From an uncultured Haemophilus sp. (GTDB lineage: Bacteria; Pseudomonadota; Gammaproteobacteria; Enterobacterales; Pasteurellaceae), in the NCBI RefSeq assembly GCF_902461185.1, contig NZ_CABPXD010000013.1: 64,000 nucleotides of DNA, one strand, 5' to 3'. Both the position numbers and the translations under genes were made by a program. The first letter of the stretch is position 1. Each line of letters opens with the position of its first letter. Shown one piece after another: positions 36,900 through 46,486 of this stretch. The notes below the pieces were generated by a model. The model worked only from the letters and a program-made list of their open reading frames with translations, did not search any database and had not been told where the DNA came from.

Positions 36900-37583
36900 A
36901 TGAAAAAAACAGCATTACTTATCACTGCACTATTCGGTGCTTCACTCGCTAATGCACATAATGTTTGGTTGGAGCCCGTTAAGGATGTAAAAGGGCAATA
37001 TGTGGTTAAATTTGGTCATGAGGAAACCGAAACCTATCCTCAAAGCAAATTAAAAGCGGTACGCCTACTTGATTCTAAAGGCCAATTGCAAAATGCCACA
37101 GTAAACTTTAAAGAAGGCGAAGCACTCTTTGCTGCACCTGATGCTGCCATCGCATTTATTCGCTTTGATAATGGCGTTTGGTCAAAATTGCCAAGCGGTA
37201 AATATGTCGAAAAAACCAAACAGCAGGCCCCAGATGCTGTGCTTAGTGTTAATCCAGTCAAATTCGGCAAAGCGATTTTACACTGGGATGCGCAAGCAAA
37301 TAAATCACACAACATGGATTATGAATTAATCCCACAAAGTGAACCGAAAGCGGGACAACCACTCGATATTCTCGTGTTAGTCAAAGGTAAACCTGTGCAA
37401 GGCATCAAAGTGGGTTTAGGCGAAGATCATCCATTCAACTTAACCAATGAAAAAGGTATTGCACAATTCACCCCTAAAGCGGGCTATAACAAAGTCTGGG
37501 CTGAATTTGACGAGCCGGTTAAAGACAATCCTGACTATAACAAACGTAGTGTTGAATATATGCTAACTTTTGACGCGAAATAA
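36900..37583 (+). CDS. nikK: periplasmic nickel-binding component NikK/CbiK (DUF4198 family)
   Basis: Signal peptide ...SLANA, then HNVWLEP. The protein is 227 aa and is the first gene of a K-L-M-Q-O set. Confidence 0.75.
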   Translation: MKKTALLITALFGASLANAHNVWLEPVKDVKGQYVVKFGHEETETYPQSKLKAVRLLDSKGQLQNATVNFKEGEALFAAPDAAIAFIRFDNGVWSKLPSGKYVEKTKQQAPDAVLSVNPVKFGKAILHWDAQANKSHNMDYELIPQSEPKAGQPLDILVLVKGKPVQGIKVGLGEDHPFNLTNEKGIAQFTPKAGYNKVWAEFDEPVKDNPDYNKRSVEYMLTFDAK

Positions 37584-38086
37584 TGAAAAGAGTTGTATTT
37601 TTAACCGCACTTTTCACCTGGCTGTGTGCACCATCAGCATTGGCTCATAGTTTGCATGTTTTTGCACAATATGATGGACGCACAGTTTCTGGCAAAGCCT
37701 ATTATTCCGATATGACCCCAGCGGCAGAAACCTATATGGAGATTTTGCAAGCTGGTCAGGACTCCCCTCTATTGGAAGGCAAAACGGATCGCGATGGGCA
37801 ATTTGCCTATCCGATCAATACCACTGCCGAAGGTGCCATTAAAGTAGTGATAGAAGGTGAAGAAGGACATCGAGCCTCAATTGTTGCCAACAGAGTATCT
37901 GCGCAAGCCACTAATAATAGTGACAATGCATTGATGTTGGTCCGCGAAGATATTTCTAAATTAAAAGACAAAATTTACCTGCACGATATTATTGGTGGTA
38001 TCGGTTATATTGTTGGTATTTTTGGCTTATGGGCATTGATTAGAGCCTCAAAAATGACGCGTGCGTCGCAATCTAAGGAAAGATAA
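37583..38086 (+). CDS. nikL: NikL/CbiL accessory component (signal peptide plus C-terminal TM anchor)
   Basis: 167 aa. The signal peptide is followed by AHSLHVF and there is one C-terminal TM. The start overlaps the nikK stop (TAATG). Confidence 0.65.
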   Translation: MKRVVFLTALFTWLCAPSALAHSLHVFAQYDGRTVSGKAYYSDMTPAAETYMEILQAGQDSPLLEGKTDRDGQFAYPINTTAEGAIKVVIEGEEGHRASIVANRVSAQATNNSDNALMLVREDISKLKDKIYLHDIIGGIGYIVGIFGLWALIRASKMTRASQSKER

Positions 38087-38087
38087 T

Positions 38088-38699
38088 ATGCATTTATCGG
38101 AAGGTGTGTTGCATACCCCCGTATTGCTTGGTGGTGCAGCTGTCGCATTAGTCTGCGTAATGATTGGACTGAAACGCCTCAATTCGCAGCAATTGCCGCT
38201 AACGGCATTGTTTGCCGCTGCCTTTTTTGTTGCCGGTACCATTCATGTACCAGTTGGCATTGGCAGCGTGCATCTCATCTTAAACGGCATGGCCGGTCTA
38301 TTTCTTGGTTGGGCGGTATTCCCTGCCTTTTTAATCGCATTGGTATTACAAGTCTTGCTCTTTTCCTTCGGTGGATTTGCCGTGCTTGGTGTCAATTTAT
38401 GTGTGATGGCATTGCCTGCCCTTCTTGTACATTGGCTATTTGCAAAAAGACTTGAAAATGACAATTCCCGTCGCACTCAAATTACTGCCGGTATTGGTGC
38501 TGGCGTGATCGGCGTTGGCGGTTCAGCCTTGCTTGCCTCTCTTGTCTTAGCATTAGATGGTGGTAAAGCCTACAGCGATCTGATCATGTTACTGGTGATA
38601 TCACATATCCCTGTATTTATTATCGACAGTATCGTCAGTGTTGGTGTGGTCTTATTGTTAAACAAAATGTATCCAACAGCGCTCAGTGTGGTGAAATGA
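38088..38699 (+). CDS. nikM: ECF-type nickel/cobalt transporter substrate-capture subunit NikM/CbiM
   Basis: ORF 38061..38699. ATG 38088 gives the conserved N-terminus MHLSEGVL, the metal-ligating Met-His amino terminus of the CbiM/NikM family. The protein has about 6-7 TM segments. Confidence 0.85.
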   Translation: MHLSEGVLHTPVLLGGAAVALVCVMIGLKRLNSQQLPLTALFAAAFFVAGTIHVPVGIGSVHLILNGMAGLFLGWAVFPAFLIALVLQVLLFSFGGFAVLGVNLCVMALPALLVHWLFAKRLENDNSRRTQITAGIGAGVIGVGGSALLASLVLALDGGKAYSDLIMLLVISHIPVFIIDSIVSVGVVLLLNKMYPTALSVVK

Positions 38700-39340
38700 A
38701 TTTTCTTGCTATTTTCCAACCGCACTTACGATTAATTTATGTGTTTTTGTGTGGACTTATCGTCAGCACAATGACACATATTTCAACGCTTGTTATCCTC
38801 AATCTTGTGGTACTCAGTGGATTATTTATTGCGCTAATACGCTATCGAAAATCCCTTGCCGGTTATTTTAAATATTGGCTAAAACTAAATTTCTTCACTT
38901 TGCTTGTTTGGTTAACCTTAAGCTGGAAAATCACCGAGCAAGGTTTAGCATTAAATCCAATAGGGACTCAGCTCGCACTGCTGATCACGCTACGTTTCAA
39001 TTTAATTTTAAGTTTAACTCGCCTCTTATTAATTGATATGAACGAGAGCCTTCTACTGCAAGCATTGTGCCGTTTGCCATTACCTGAAAAACTACTTCAC
39101 CTATTTGTTCTTACTGTTCGCTATATTTCCGTGTTCAGTGAAGTGCATAAAAAGATGGATATGGCCATGCGTGCACGCGGATACCAGCCAAAACTTAATG
39201 GCAGAACCTTATTTATCGCGGCGCAGCGTGTCGCCCTATTATTAATTCATGCACTCGTTAAAGCAGAAAAAACAGAAATGGCGCTAAAAGCTCGTGGCTT
39301 TCAGCTGCATGATGTGAAAAAAACACAGGATAAATCTTGA
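38696..39340 (+). CDS. nikQ: ECF transporter transmembrane (T) component NikQ/CbiQ
   Basis: 214 aa with 5-6 TM segments and the ARG-containing coupling helices (MAMRARGY, ALKARGF). It overlaps nikM by 4 nt. Confidence 0.8.
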   Translation: MNFLAIFQPHLRLIYVFLCGLIVSTMTHISTLVILNLVVLSGLFIALIRYRKSLAGYFKYWLKLNFFTLLVWLTLSWKITEQGLALNPIGTQLALLITLRFNLILSLTRLLLIDMNESLLLQALCRLPLPEKLLHLFVLTVRYISVFSEVHKKMDMAMRARGYQPKLNGRTLFIAAQRVALLLIHALVKAEKTEMALKARGFQLHDVKKTQDKS

Positions 39341-39981
39341 TGAACGTCCTCGAAGTCAAACAATTACAGATCATGCGCGAGCAACGTGTGATTATTGATA
39401 ACCTTTCTTTTGAACTTCCTGAAGGCCATCGCCTTTTTTTACAAGGTGATATTGGTTGTGGAAAATCCACACTATTACATTGCCTATTAGGTTTTATACT
39501 TTACCAACAAGGAGAAATTCGCTGGTTCGGTAATGTATGTCGACAAGAAAAAGATTTTGTGCCACTACGTGGAAAGGTAGGCATCTGTTTCCAGCATGCC
39601 GGCGATCAACTTTTCGGACCAACTGTACTTGATGATGTGGCCTTTGGTCCTCTCAATCAAGGATTGAACAGAGATGAAGCCTATCAAATTGCATTACAAC
39701 AGTTGGAACGTCTAAATATTGTTGGATTAAAGGATCGCTCTGTAAATACCTTATCTGGTGGTGAACAGAATTTTACTGCACTGGCAGGCGTGCTAGCGAT
39801 GCAACCTAAAGTATTATTATTAGATGAGCCAACGAATGGACTCGATGTAAAAAATATCGCCAAACTGACCGCACTTTTACGCGAATTACAGTTGCCAATG
39901 CTTATTGCGTCACATGATTTACGCTTTAGTGAAACACTTGCGGATTCCTGTTTATCTTTAGCTACGGATAACGATGGCTAA
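39337..39981 (+). CDS. nikO: ECF transporter ATPase NikO/CbiO
   Basis: Walker A GDIGCGKST, signature LSGGEQN and Walker B LLLDEPTNGLD. It overlaps nikQ by 4 nt. Confidence 0.85.
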   Translation: MMNVLEVKQLQIMREQRVIIDNLSFELPEGHRLFLQGDIGCGKSTLLHCLLGFILYQQGEIRWFGNVCRQEKDFVPLRGKVGICFQHAGDQLFGPTVLDDVAFGPLNQGLNRDEAYQIALQQLERLNIVGLKDRSVNTLSGGEQNFTALAGVLAMQPKVLLLDEPTNGLDVKNIAKLTALLRELQLPMLIASHDLRFSETLADSCLSLATDNDG

Positions 39982-40012
39982 ATGCGTTCATAATGCGTAA
40001 GGAAATAATTCA

Positions 40013-40050
40013 ATAAAAAACGGGCGAACCATTTAAGTTCGCCCGTCATT
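40013..40050. terminator. bidirectional terminator between convergent nikO and fdhF
   Basis: acgggcgaac pairs with gttcgcccgt as a 10-bp stem with a 7-nt loop. An A-run precedes it, which gives a T-run on the minus strand. Confidence 0.8.
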
Positions 40051-40065
40051 CATTTATGACGCTAA

Positions 40066-42225
40066 TCAAGCTACAAGTGCGGTTTCTTTTAAGCGATTTT
40101 TTAATTTCGCGTATTCAGTTACCACATAGCGTTCAGCCCAGGCTTGGTCTTCGATTTTATCAATACGAACCGCGCTGTATTTGTATTCAGGTGTTCTAGA
40201 ACCCGGATTCAAATGGTCAGCGGTTAATTCGTTACATTTACCGATCCACCATTGATAGGTCATATAACAAGCGCCTTTGTTTGTACGCGTACTCACATCT
40301 GCGCGAGAAATAACTTTACCACGTGATGAGGCAATCCAAACCAAATCGTTGTTTTTAATGCCTAATTCTTTGGCATCTTGATCGTTCATTTGTACGAATC
40401 CCGGCTCATCTGCAAGTGCAGCTAGAGCGCGGCAATTACCTGTCATTGAACGGCAAGAATAGTGACCGACTTCACGCACAGTAGAAAGTACCAATGGGAA
40501 CTCTTCAGAAAGATCTTCCATTGGTGGCTCCCAATCGCAAGCGAAGAACTCAGCTTTGCCGTTAGGACGGTCGAAGATTTGGCCTTTATACAAGTATGTT
40601 GTGCCTTGATCTTCAGGGCCTTCATCAGTACATGGCCATTGGATATAACCCAAGCCTTCCATTTTTTCGTAAGTTGCCCCTTTGTAAATTGGACAAAGCG
40701 AACGAAGTTCATCCCAAATTTCTTTGGTATTGTTATAGTGCATTGGGTAGCCCATTGCTGTAGCAAGTTCGCTAATGATTACCCAGTCATCCTTGACGTC
40801 GCCGGTTGGTTCAACGGCTTTATAGAAACGTTGGAAACCACGGTCAGCAGCACTATATACACCTTCATGTTCAGCACAAGAAGTCGCAGGTAATAAAATA
40901 TCTGCTTCTGCGGCTGTTTGAGTCATGAAAATATCTTGAACGATAAGAAGTTCAACTTTCTCGAAGGCTTTTTTAACAGCATTAATATCAGGCTCAGTTT
41001 GTAATGTATCTTCACCCATGATATAGAATGCTTTAATTTTATCTTCCATGATCGCTTCAGGTACTTCACTCAACGGTACACCTGGTTTGCTTGGAATAGA
41101 CGGTACGCCCCAAGCTTTCGCAAATTTTGCATTAATTTCCGGGTCAGCAAAACTTTGATAGCCCGGTAATGTGTTGAATAACGCACCCATATCGCACGCA
41201 CCCTGTACGTTGTTTTGACCACGCACTGGGTTTACACCAACATTTGGTTTACCTAAGTTACCGGTAAGCATTGCCAAGCTTGCTAACGCACGTACGGTTT
41301 CTACACCTTGACGGAATTGGCAAACGCCCATACCCCATAAGATAGTAGCAGTTTCCGCTTTCGCATAAGTGCGGGCAATTTCACGCAACATCTCAGGTTC
41401 AATACCTGTGATGTGTTGAGTGGATTCCGGTGTATAAGCTTTCACGGTTTCATAGAACGCATCGAAGTTTTCGGTGTGTTCATCAATAAATTTTTGATCT
41501 TGTAATCCTTCTTCTAAAATCACATTCATCATCGCATTCAAGAATGCGACGTTAGACCCGTTAGCAAGCGGTGCATAAATATCCGCAATACGGGCTGTTT
41601 CGATTTTACGAGGGTCACAAACAATAACTTTCGCCCCTTTTGCTTTGGCGTGATTAATTCGACGCGCCACAATAGGGTGTGAAGTGGAGGCATTATAGCC
41701 AAAAATGAATACGCATTTAGTATCTTCAATCTCAACAATTGAGTTGGACATTGCGCCGTTACCGACCGATTTGAGCAGACCTGTTACAGAAGGGCCGTGT
41801 CACACGCGCGCACAACAGTCAATGTTGTTATTTCCTAATACCGCACGGGCGAATTTTTGCATAACGAAGTTCACTTCGTTACCTGGTCCACGGGAAGAGC
41901 CCGTTACCATAATTGATTCGTTACCGTACTTTTCTTTGATTTCACTGAGACGTTTTGCTGTGTAAGAAATCGCTTCTTCCCAGCTCACTGGTGTGAATGG
42001 TTCGCCACGTTTGTAGCGGATCATCGGTTGAGTTAGGCGAGGAGTCAGGATTTTTGTGTCATGCACAAAATCCCAGCCATAATATCCTTTTAGGCATAAC
42101 TCCCCTTCGTTTGTCTTGCCGTTTGCACCTTCAGCTCCCACAATTTTGTTGTTTTCCACCAAAAGATGGATTTTACAACCTGAGGCACAATACGGACATA
42201 CGGTAATTACTTTTTTAATAGCCAT
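40066..42225 (-). CDS. fdhF: formate dehydrogenase H, selenocysteine-containing (in-frame UGA at 41802..41800)
   Basis: Track ORFs 41800..42225 and 40066..41751 are in the same frame, joined through a TGA. The junction reads NNNIDCCARV-U-HGPSVTGL, the same context as E. coli FdhF (DCCARVUHGPSVAGL). The N-terminus has CPYCASGC and the whole protein is collinear with FdhF at about 719 codons. Confidence 0.9.
41757..41802 (-). other. Sec UGA codon plus downstream SECIS-like region
   Basis: The mRNA reads UGA CAC GGC CCU UCU GUA ACA GGU CUG CUC AAA UCG GUC GGU AAC. It keeps the AGGUCUGC and AAUCGGUCGGUAA strings that I recall from the E. coli fdhF SECIS. I did not fold it. Confidence 0.6.
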
Positions 42226-42269
42226 AGTAACGTCCTTATTTTAGATACAACACGAGGTTAGAGATAGAA

Positions 42270-42286
42270 TTAGAATAATTAATTCT
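42270..42286 (-). promoter_or_regulatory. TTAGAAT-N5-ATTCT dyad upstream of fdhF (preceded by a tandem TAGAAT)
   Basis: The plus strand reads gaTAGAATTAGAATAATTAATTCTggg. The dyad AGAAT (42272-42276) / ATTCT (42282-42286) is centred about 54 nt upstream of ATG 42225. Confidence 0.3.
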
Positions 42287-42403
42287 GGGTATATATTACA
42301 CCCAAAATCAGCTTATAGTCTTACAAAAAACATGGATTTATTGATATAAAACAGGTTTTCGTAATATTTTTAAACTATGTTTAGAAAATCCCCCCCACTT
42401 TTT

Positions 42404-42862
42404 CTACAAAACAGGAATCTCTTCAAGCGATCTTCCCTCTTTTAAAAAATCATACATAAATTGCACAGACTCTTTTACGCTTTCTGTCATTGGAAAACCA
42501 AAGGAAACCAGATCGGGTTGGAGCCCAACAAAAACAATTTGCTTAATATCCTGTTCCAGTTGTTCGATGAGGTAATTGAGCGGCATATTATGCGTACTCA
42601 TGAAAAACATTTCCGCAATGCTTTCTTTCTCAATGATTCGGATTTTGCCTGGTGCTAATTCCATATCAGCCGCATCAAAAATTAAAAGCAAATCAGGTTT
42701 CATGTCTCGCACAATATGTGCAACATTTTCCGGTGCTGATCCGCCGTCAAGTGCGGTCCAATTTGGCAATGGATTTTCACTCAATAGCTGATAGAGATAA
42801 GGGCCTGCACCGTCATCCCCCATCATGCTGTTGCCAACGGTTAAGATCACATTATTCGTCAC
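42404..42862 (-). CDS. hycI: hydrogenase large-subunit C-terminal endopeptidase HycI
   Basis: MTNNVILTVGNSMMGDDGAGPYL, the HycI pattern. The protein is 152 aa. Confidence 0.9.
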   Translation of the reverse strand: MTNNVILTVGNSMMGDDGAGPYLYQLLSENPLPNWTALDGGSAPENVAHIVRDMKPDLLLIFDAADMELAPGKIRIIEKESIAEMFFMSTHNMPLNYLIEQLEQDIKQIVFVGLQPDLVSFGFPMTESVKESVQFMYDFLKEGRSLEEIPVL

Positions 42863-43259
42863 GACGTTTCACCATAATATACATCACAGGTTCACGCTGA
42901 ATCGATGCTAATGTATCCATCAGAATTTCGACCCACTCTTGATGTTCTGGGGTGAAATTGGCTTTATTTTCATCCATTGCTTTCGCCAATAAATTGACAT
43001 GGCTGGAATCAATCACAATTTCACCAAATCGCATTAAGCCAGCAAATTTACGTTTAGCATCCCCTTCTGGAAAGCTATCTACAAAACGTTGATAAGCATC
43101 GTAGTCACAAACCAGTAATTTTTTAAAACAATCAATTACGCCAACATGGTGACCAATCGCCAAAGAGTAATACATCACCTGTTTTGCTTGCTCTGGCACT
43201 TGCTCATCGTTTTCGACGAAACGTTCGTTTAATAAATAGAAAAAGACTTTCGTTGTCAT
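42852..43259 (-). CDS. hyfJ: formate hydrogenlyase maturation protein HycH/HyfJ
   Basis: 135 aa and collinear with E. coli HycH (YYSLAIGHHVGVIDC, GEIVID, QEW). Confidence 0.85.
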   Translation of the reverse strand: MTTKVFFYLLNERFVENDEQVPEQAKQVMYYSLAIGHHVGVIDCFKKLLVCDYDAYQRFVDSFPEGDAKRKFAGLMRFGEIVIDSSHVNLLAKAMDENKANFTPEHQEWVEILMDTLASIQREPVMYIMVKRRDE

Positions 43260-43303
43260 AACATTCCCATTTTTATAGGGGCAATAACTTGCCCCATTAT
43301 TAA

Positions 43304-44080
43304 TTATCCCGAAAACGGCAGACTAATCGCATGCAAACGATTGACGATTTCGCTTAAACGAGGATCGGCTTCTCGTTCTAGGTATTCACCTAAACGTACA
43401 CCAAATGGCACTTTGTCATTTTCTGCCATCATTGCCATAAATTGGTTAGCGATGTTACCGCCTTGACGATAACCGGCAAGACGACGAGCTTCTCGTTCAA
43501 GACTAATACGCAAATCCAACGGAATGGTTGGGAAACGTAATTTAGCTTCTGCGTTAGGATCGGCTTTTTCTTGTTTGCCTTTAAGTTTTTGATCAAGTAA
43601 ACCAAGCGCGACAGCAAAACCATAAATAGTGGCGGCAGGTGTTGGTGGACAGCCAGGAATATAGACATCAACCGGTACGATTTGGTCAGAACCACCCCAT
43701 ACACAATAGAGATCGTGGAAAATACCGCCGCCGCAACCGCAAGCCCCGTAAGCGATACAGATTTTTGGATCCGGCGCGGCTTGATAAGCACGCATGGCTG
43801 GCGTACGCATCGCACGGGTAACCGCACCAGTGAACAAGAGAATGTCTGCATGGCGAGGTGACGCTACCACTTTAATACCAAAACGTTCCGCATCAAATGT
43901 TGGCGTAATAGTACTGAAAATCTCGATTTCACACCCATTACAACCGCCACAGTCCACACGGTAAACGTAAGCTGAACGTTGAATATCTTTCAGCAATGTT
44001 TGTTTCATTTTGGCAATATTTTCATCAATACTAAACGGTGTTGATATACCATTAACCGGCATTGGAATTTGAGTGTTCAT
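43304..44080 (-). CDS. hyfI: [NiFe] hydrogenase small subunit, NuoB-like (HyfI/HycG)
   Basis: [17 protein letters not shown] and IPGCPP, the ligands of the proximal 4Fe-4S cluster. Confidence 0.9.
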   Translation of the reverse strand: MNTQIPMPVNGISTPFSIDENIAKMKQTLLKDIQRSAYVYRVDCGGCNGCEIEIFSTITPTFDAERFGIKVVASPRHADILLFTGAVTRAMRTPAMRAYQAAPDPKICIAYGACGCGGGIFHDLYCVWGGSDQIVPVDVYIPGCPPTPAATIYGFAVALGLLDQKLKGKQEKADPNAEAKLRFPTIPLDLRISLEREARRLAGYRQGGNIANQFMAMMAENDKVPFGVRLGEYLEREADPRLSEIVNRLHAISLPFSG

Positions 44081-44724
44081 CGTCTTTCGCCTCCTGCTAA
44101 AACGTTAGGTAAATCAACCGCACTTTCTTCACGTTGTTCGATTGCTTTTTTGAAATTCAAGCGAACTGGCTCCTTAAAGTCGATCAATTTCATCCGCATA
44201 TTGGATTCCATATTTGCGGTTTTTTCTAAACTATGTTGACGTTTGCAAACCGGACAGGTATGTAATTCCGCCAATTTTCGTTTCACTAACTCTGGATTAT
44301 CCAAAGTTTGTTTGAATAAATCGATGGTGTAATTCAATTCTTTATAAGAAATAAACGGTTTACCACATTCCTGACAAGTTACTGTTGCAAAGGTTGTTTC
44401 TTGGAAAAGATCCTGTTTATTGGTCACTGATAGTTCAAAATCTTGTGATAAGCGAATGGCTTTAGTTGGGCAAACCTCTTCACAACGACCACAGAAAATA
44501 CAACGACCAAGAAATAATGACCATGTACGGTCGCCTGTAACCGGATCCGTTCTCATGGTCAACGCATTGGCTGGACAGGCAATGGTACAAGCCGCGCAGA
44601 CAATACATTGATCAGAATTAAGTTCCGGTTTTCCTCTAAAATCATCATCGACTTCATAAGGTTTGAACGGATATTTGGTGGTGACATCACCTGCTTTAAA
44701 TACCGTTTTTAGTAATTTAAACAT
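44077..44724 (-). CDS. hyfH: 2x[4Fe-4S] ferredoxin-type subunit, NuoI-like (HyfH/HycF)
   Basis: [12 protein letters not shown] and [12 protein letters not shown], plus an extra C-terminal CxxC pair. Confidence 0.88.
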   Translation of the reverse strand: MFKLLKTVFKAGDVTTKYPFKPYEVDDDFRGKPELNSDQCIVCAACTIACPANALTMRTDPVTGDRTWSLFLGRCIFCGRCEEVCPTKAIRLSQDFELSVTNKQDLFQETTFATVTCQECGKPFISYKELNYTIDLFKQTLDNPELVKRKLAELHTCPVCKRQHSLEKTANMESNMRMKLIDFKEPVRLNFKKAIEQREESAVDLPNVLAGGERR

Positions 44725-44736
44725 TTTCCGCCTCCC

Positions 44737-46467
44737 CTATTTCAATGGTGAATTTTTACGTTCGATACCGTAGCGTTCAATCTCTTTATAATCTACGGTT
44801 TTCGCTTTGCGTTTACGCACATCCACCACGGTGACACGGTCGGTACAAGAATAGCAAGGGTCAAGACTACCAATAATAAGTGGTGCATCAGACACTGTAT
44901 TGCCACGCAACATATAGCGTAAGGTTGGCCAGTTAGCATAAGTGGCAGCACGACAACGCCAACGGAAAAGTTTTTGGTTGTCACCTAGCATTGACCAGTG
45001 AATATCTTCGCCACGTGGTGCCTCAGTAATCCCTAAAGCAAAACGTCCAGGGGTATAATTGAAACCTTCTTTTAAGATTTCGCCACTTGGCAAATTATCC
45101 ACCATGTAATCGATGATATTCATGGATTCAAACACTTCATTAATCCGCACTTTCACACGAGATAACACGTCACCATTTGCTTCAGTGAAGAGATTGAAAG
45201 GTATATCGCCATAACCAGAGAATGGATGTACTTTACGTACATCACGCGCAAAGCCAGAACCACGAATCATTGGACCAACCGGGCTGAAGTCACGAGCGAT
45301 ATCTTTTGCCAAGACACCGACACCCACCGTACGTTGTTCCATATTCGGTGTATTCAATAAAATATCGGTTAAGGTTTTGAGTTCTTCACGCATTTCACCG
45401 ATAAGTTTGATACATTGCTCACGTTGATGTTTCAACATATCACGACGCACACCACCGATAAGGTTAATACCATAGGTTTTACGTGCACCGGTTAACACTT
45501 CTGCCAAGGTCATGGATTTTTCACGAACGCGGAAGAATTGCATAAAGCCAGTATCAAAGCCGGTAAAGTGGCTAGATAGACCTAAGTTTAATAAGTGACT
45601 ATGTAAACGTTCTACTTCTAATAAAATCGCACGGATCCATTCAGCGCGTTTTGGAATTTGAATTCCTAAAGCACTTTCGACGGAATTAGCGTAGGCCACA
45701 CTGTGGGTAAAACCACAAATCCCGCACACACGGTCAGCCAGGAAGTTAACTTGGTCGTAATCCATACGGGTTTCTGCCAATTTTTCCATACCACGGTGCA
45801 CATAGAACAAGCGATAGTCCGCATCAATGATATCTTCCCCATCCACGAACAAACGGAAGTGTCCTGGTTCATCGGAAGTAATATGTAACGGGCCAAGTGG
45901 AACGATACGTGCTTCGCCTTTTTCGTTAATAAATTCGTATGTTTCTGTTGCAGTTGTCGGATCGGGACGTAAACGGTAATCCATTGAGTCTTTACGTAAT
46001 GGATAAAGATCATCCGGCCAATCATCTGGCAACACTAAGCGGCGTTGGTCTGGTAAACCGACGGCTTTCAAACCATACATATCGAATAATTCACGTTCGC
46101 CCCAAACCGCCGCTTTGACTTTTGGTGTCACAGACGGAAATTCTAAGCTCACAGGATCAACTAAGGCTTTAATAGTGATAAAAGTTTTCACTTCCCCCTC
46201 CATGGAAAGCACGTAGTACACTGCATAGTTGCCATGAATTGAACGCTCATCATTCCCGAACACCAAAGGTAACCAACCTTCATGTTGATAATAAAGGTAT
46301 TCAACAACATCAGGTAACATATTAGTTTTAATGGTAAGGGTAACCTGATTTGGTGTTGACCACTCCTCATCCAAAATGGTATTTGGAAATTTTGCATTGA
46401 CTGCTTCAATGTAATTTTTGCCAATCATTTTGGCTGGATCGACTGATGTATTTTTAGTTAATTCCAT
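44737..46467 (-). CDS. hyfG: [NiFe] hydrogenase large subunit, NuoC/NuoD fusion type (HyfG/HycE)
   Basis: The N-terminal Ni ligands are in RVCGICGFTH. The C-terminal DPCYSCTDR is followed by a 32-aa extension, the expected HycI cleavage substrate. Confidence 0.92.
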   Translation of the reverse strand: MELTKNTSVDPAKMIGKNYIEAVNAKFPNTILDEEWSTPNQVTLTIKTNMLPDVVEYLYYQHEGWLPLVFGNDERSIHGNYAVYYVLSMEGEVKTFITIKALVDPVSLEFPSVTPKVKAAVWGERELFDMYGLKAVGLPDQRRLVLPDDWPDDLYPLRKDSMDYRLRPDPTTATETYEFINEKGEARIVPLGPLHITSDEPGHFRLFVDGEDIIDADYRLFYVHRGMEKLAETRMDYDQVNFLADRVCGICGFTHSVAYANSVESALGIQIPKRAEWIRAILLEVERLHSHLLNLGLSSHFTGFDTGFMQFFRVREKSMTLAEVLTGARKTYGINLIGGVRRDMLKHQREQCIKLIGEMREELKTLTDILLNTPNMEQRTVGVGVLAKDIARDFSPVGPMIRGSGFARDVRKVHPFSGYGDIPFNLFTEANGDVLSRVKVRINEVFESMNIIDYMVDNLPSGEILKEGFNYTPGRFALGITEAPRGEDIHWSMLGDNQKLFRWRCRAATYANWPTLRYMLRGNTVSDAPLIIGSLDPCYSCTDRVTVVDVRKRKAKTVDYKEIERYGIERKNSPLK

Positions 46468-46486
46468 ATATTTATCCTCCTGTCGA

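Noticed and set aside
40066-42225. fdhF appears split into two ORFs (41800..42225 and 40066..41751), which suggests a pseudogene.
   Set aside because: The two parts share one frame and are joined by a single TGA in the exact CCARV-U-HGPSV context of selenocysteine-containing FdhF. Both halves are otherwise intact and collinear with E. coli FdhF.
42226-42403. A sigma-54 promoter or FhlA UAS upstream of fdhF, as in E. coli.
   Set aside because: Neither strand has a GG-N10-GC element with TGGCAC/TTGC character. The only GG-containing candidate (TTGGGTGTAATATATA) has TA where GC is required.
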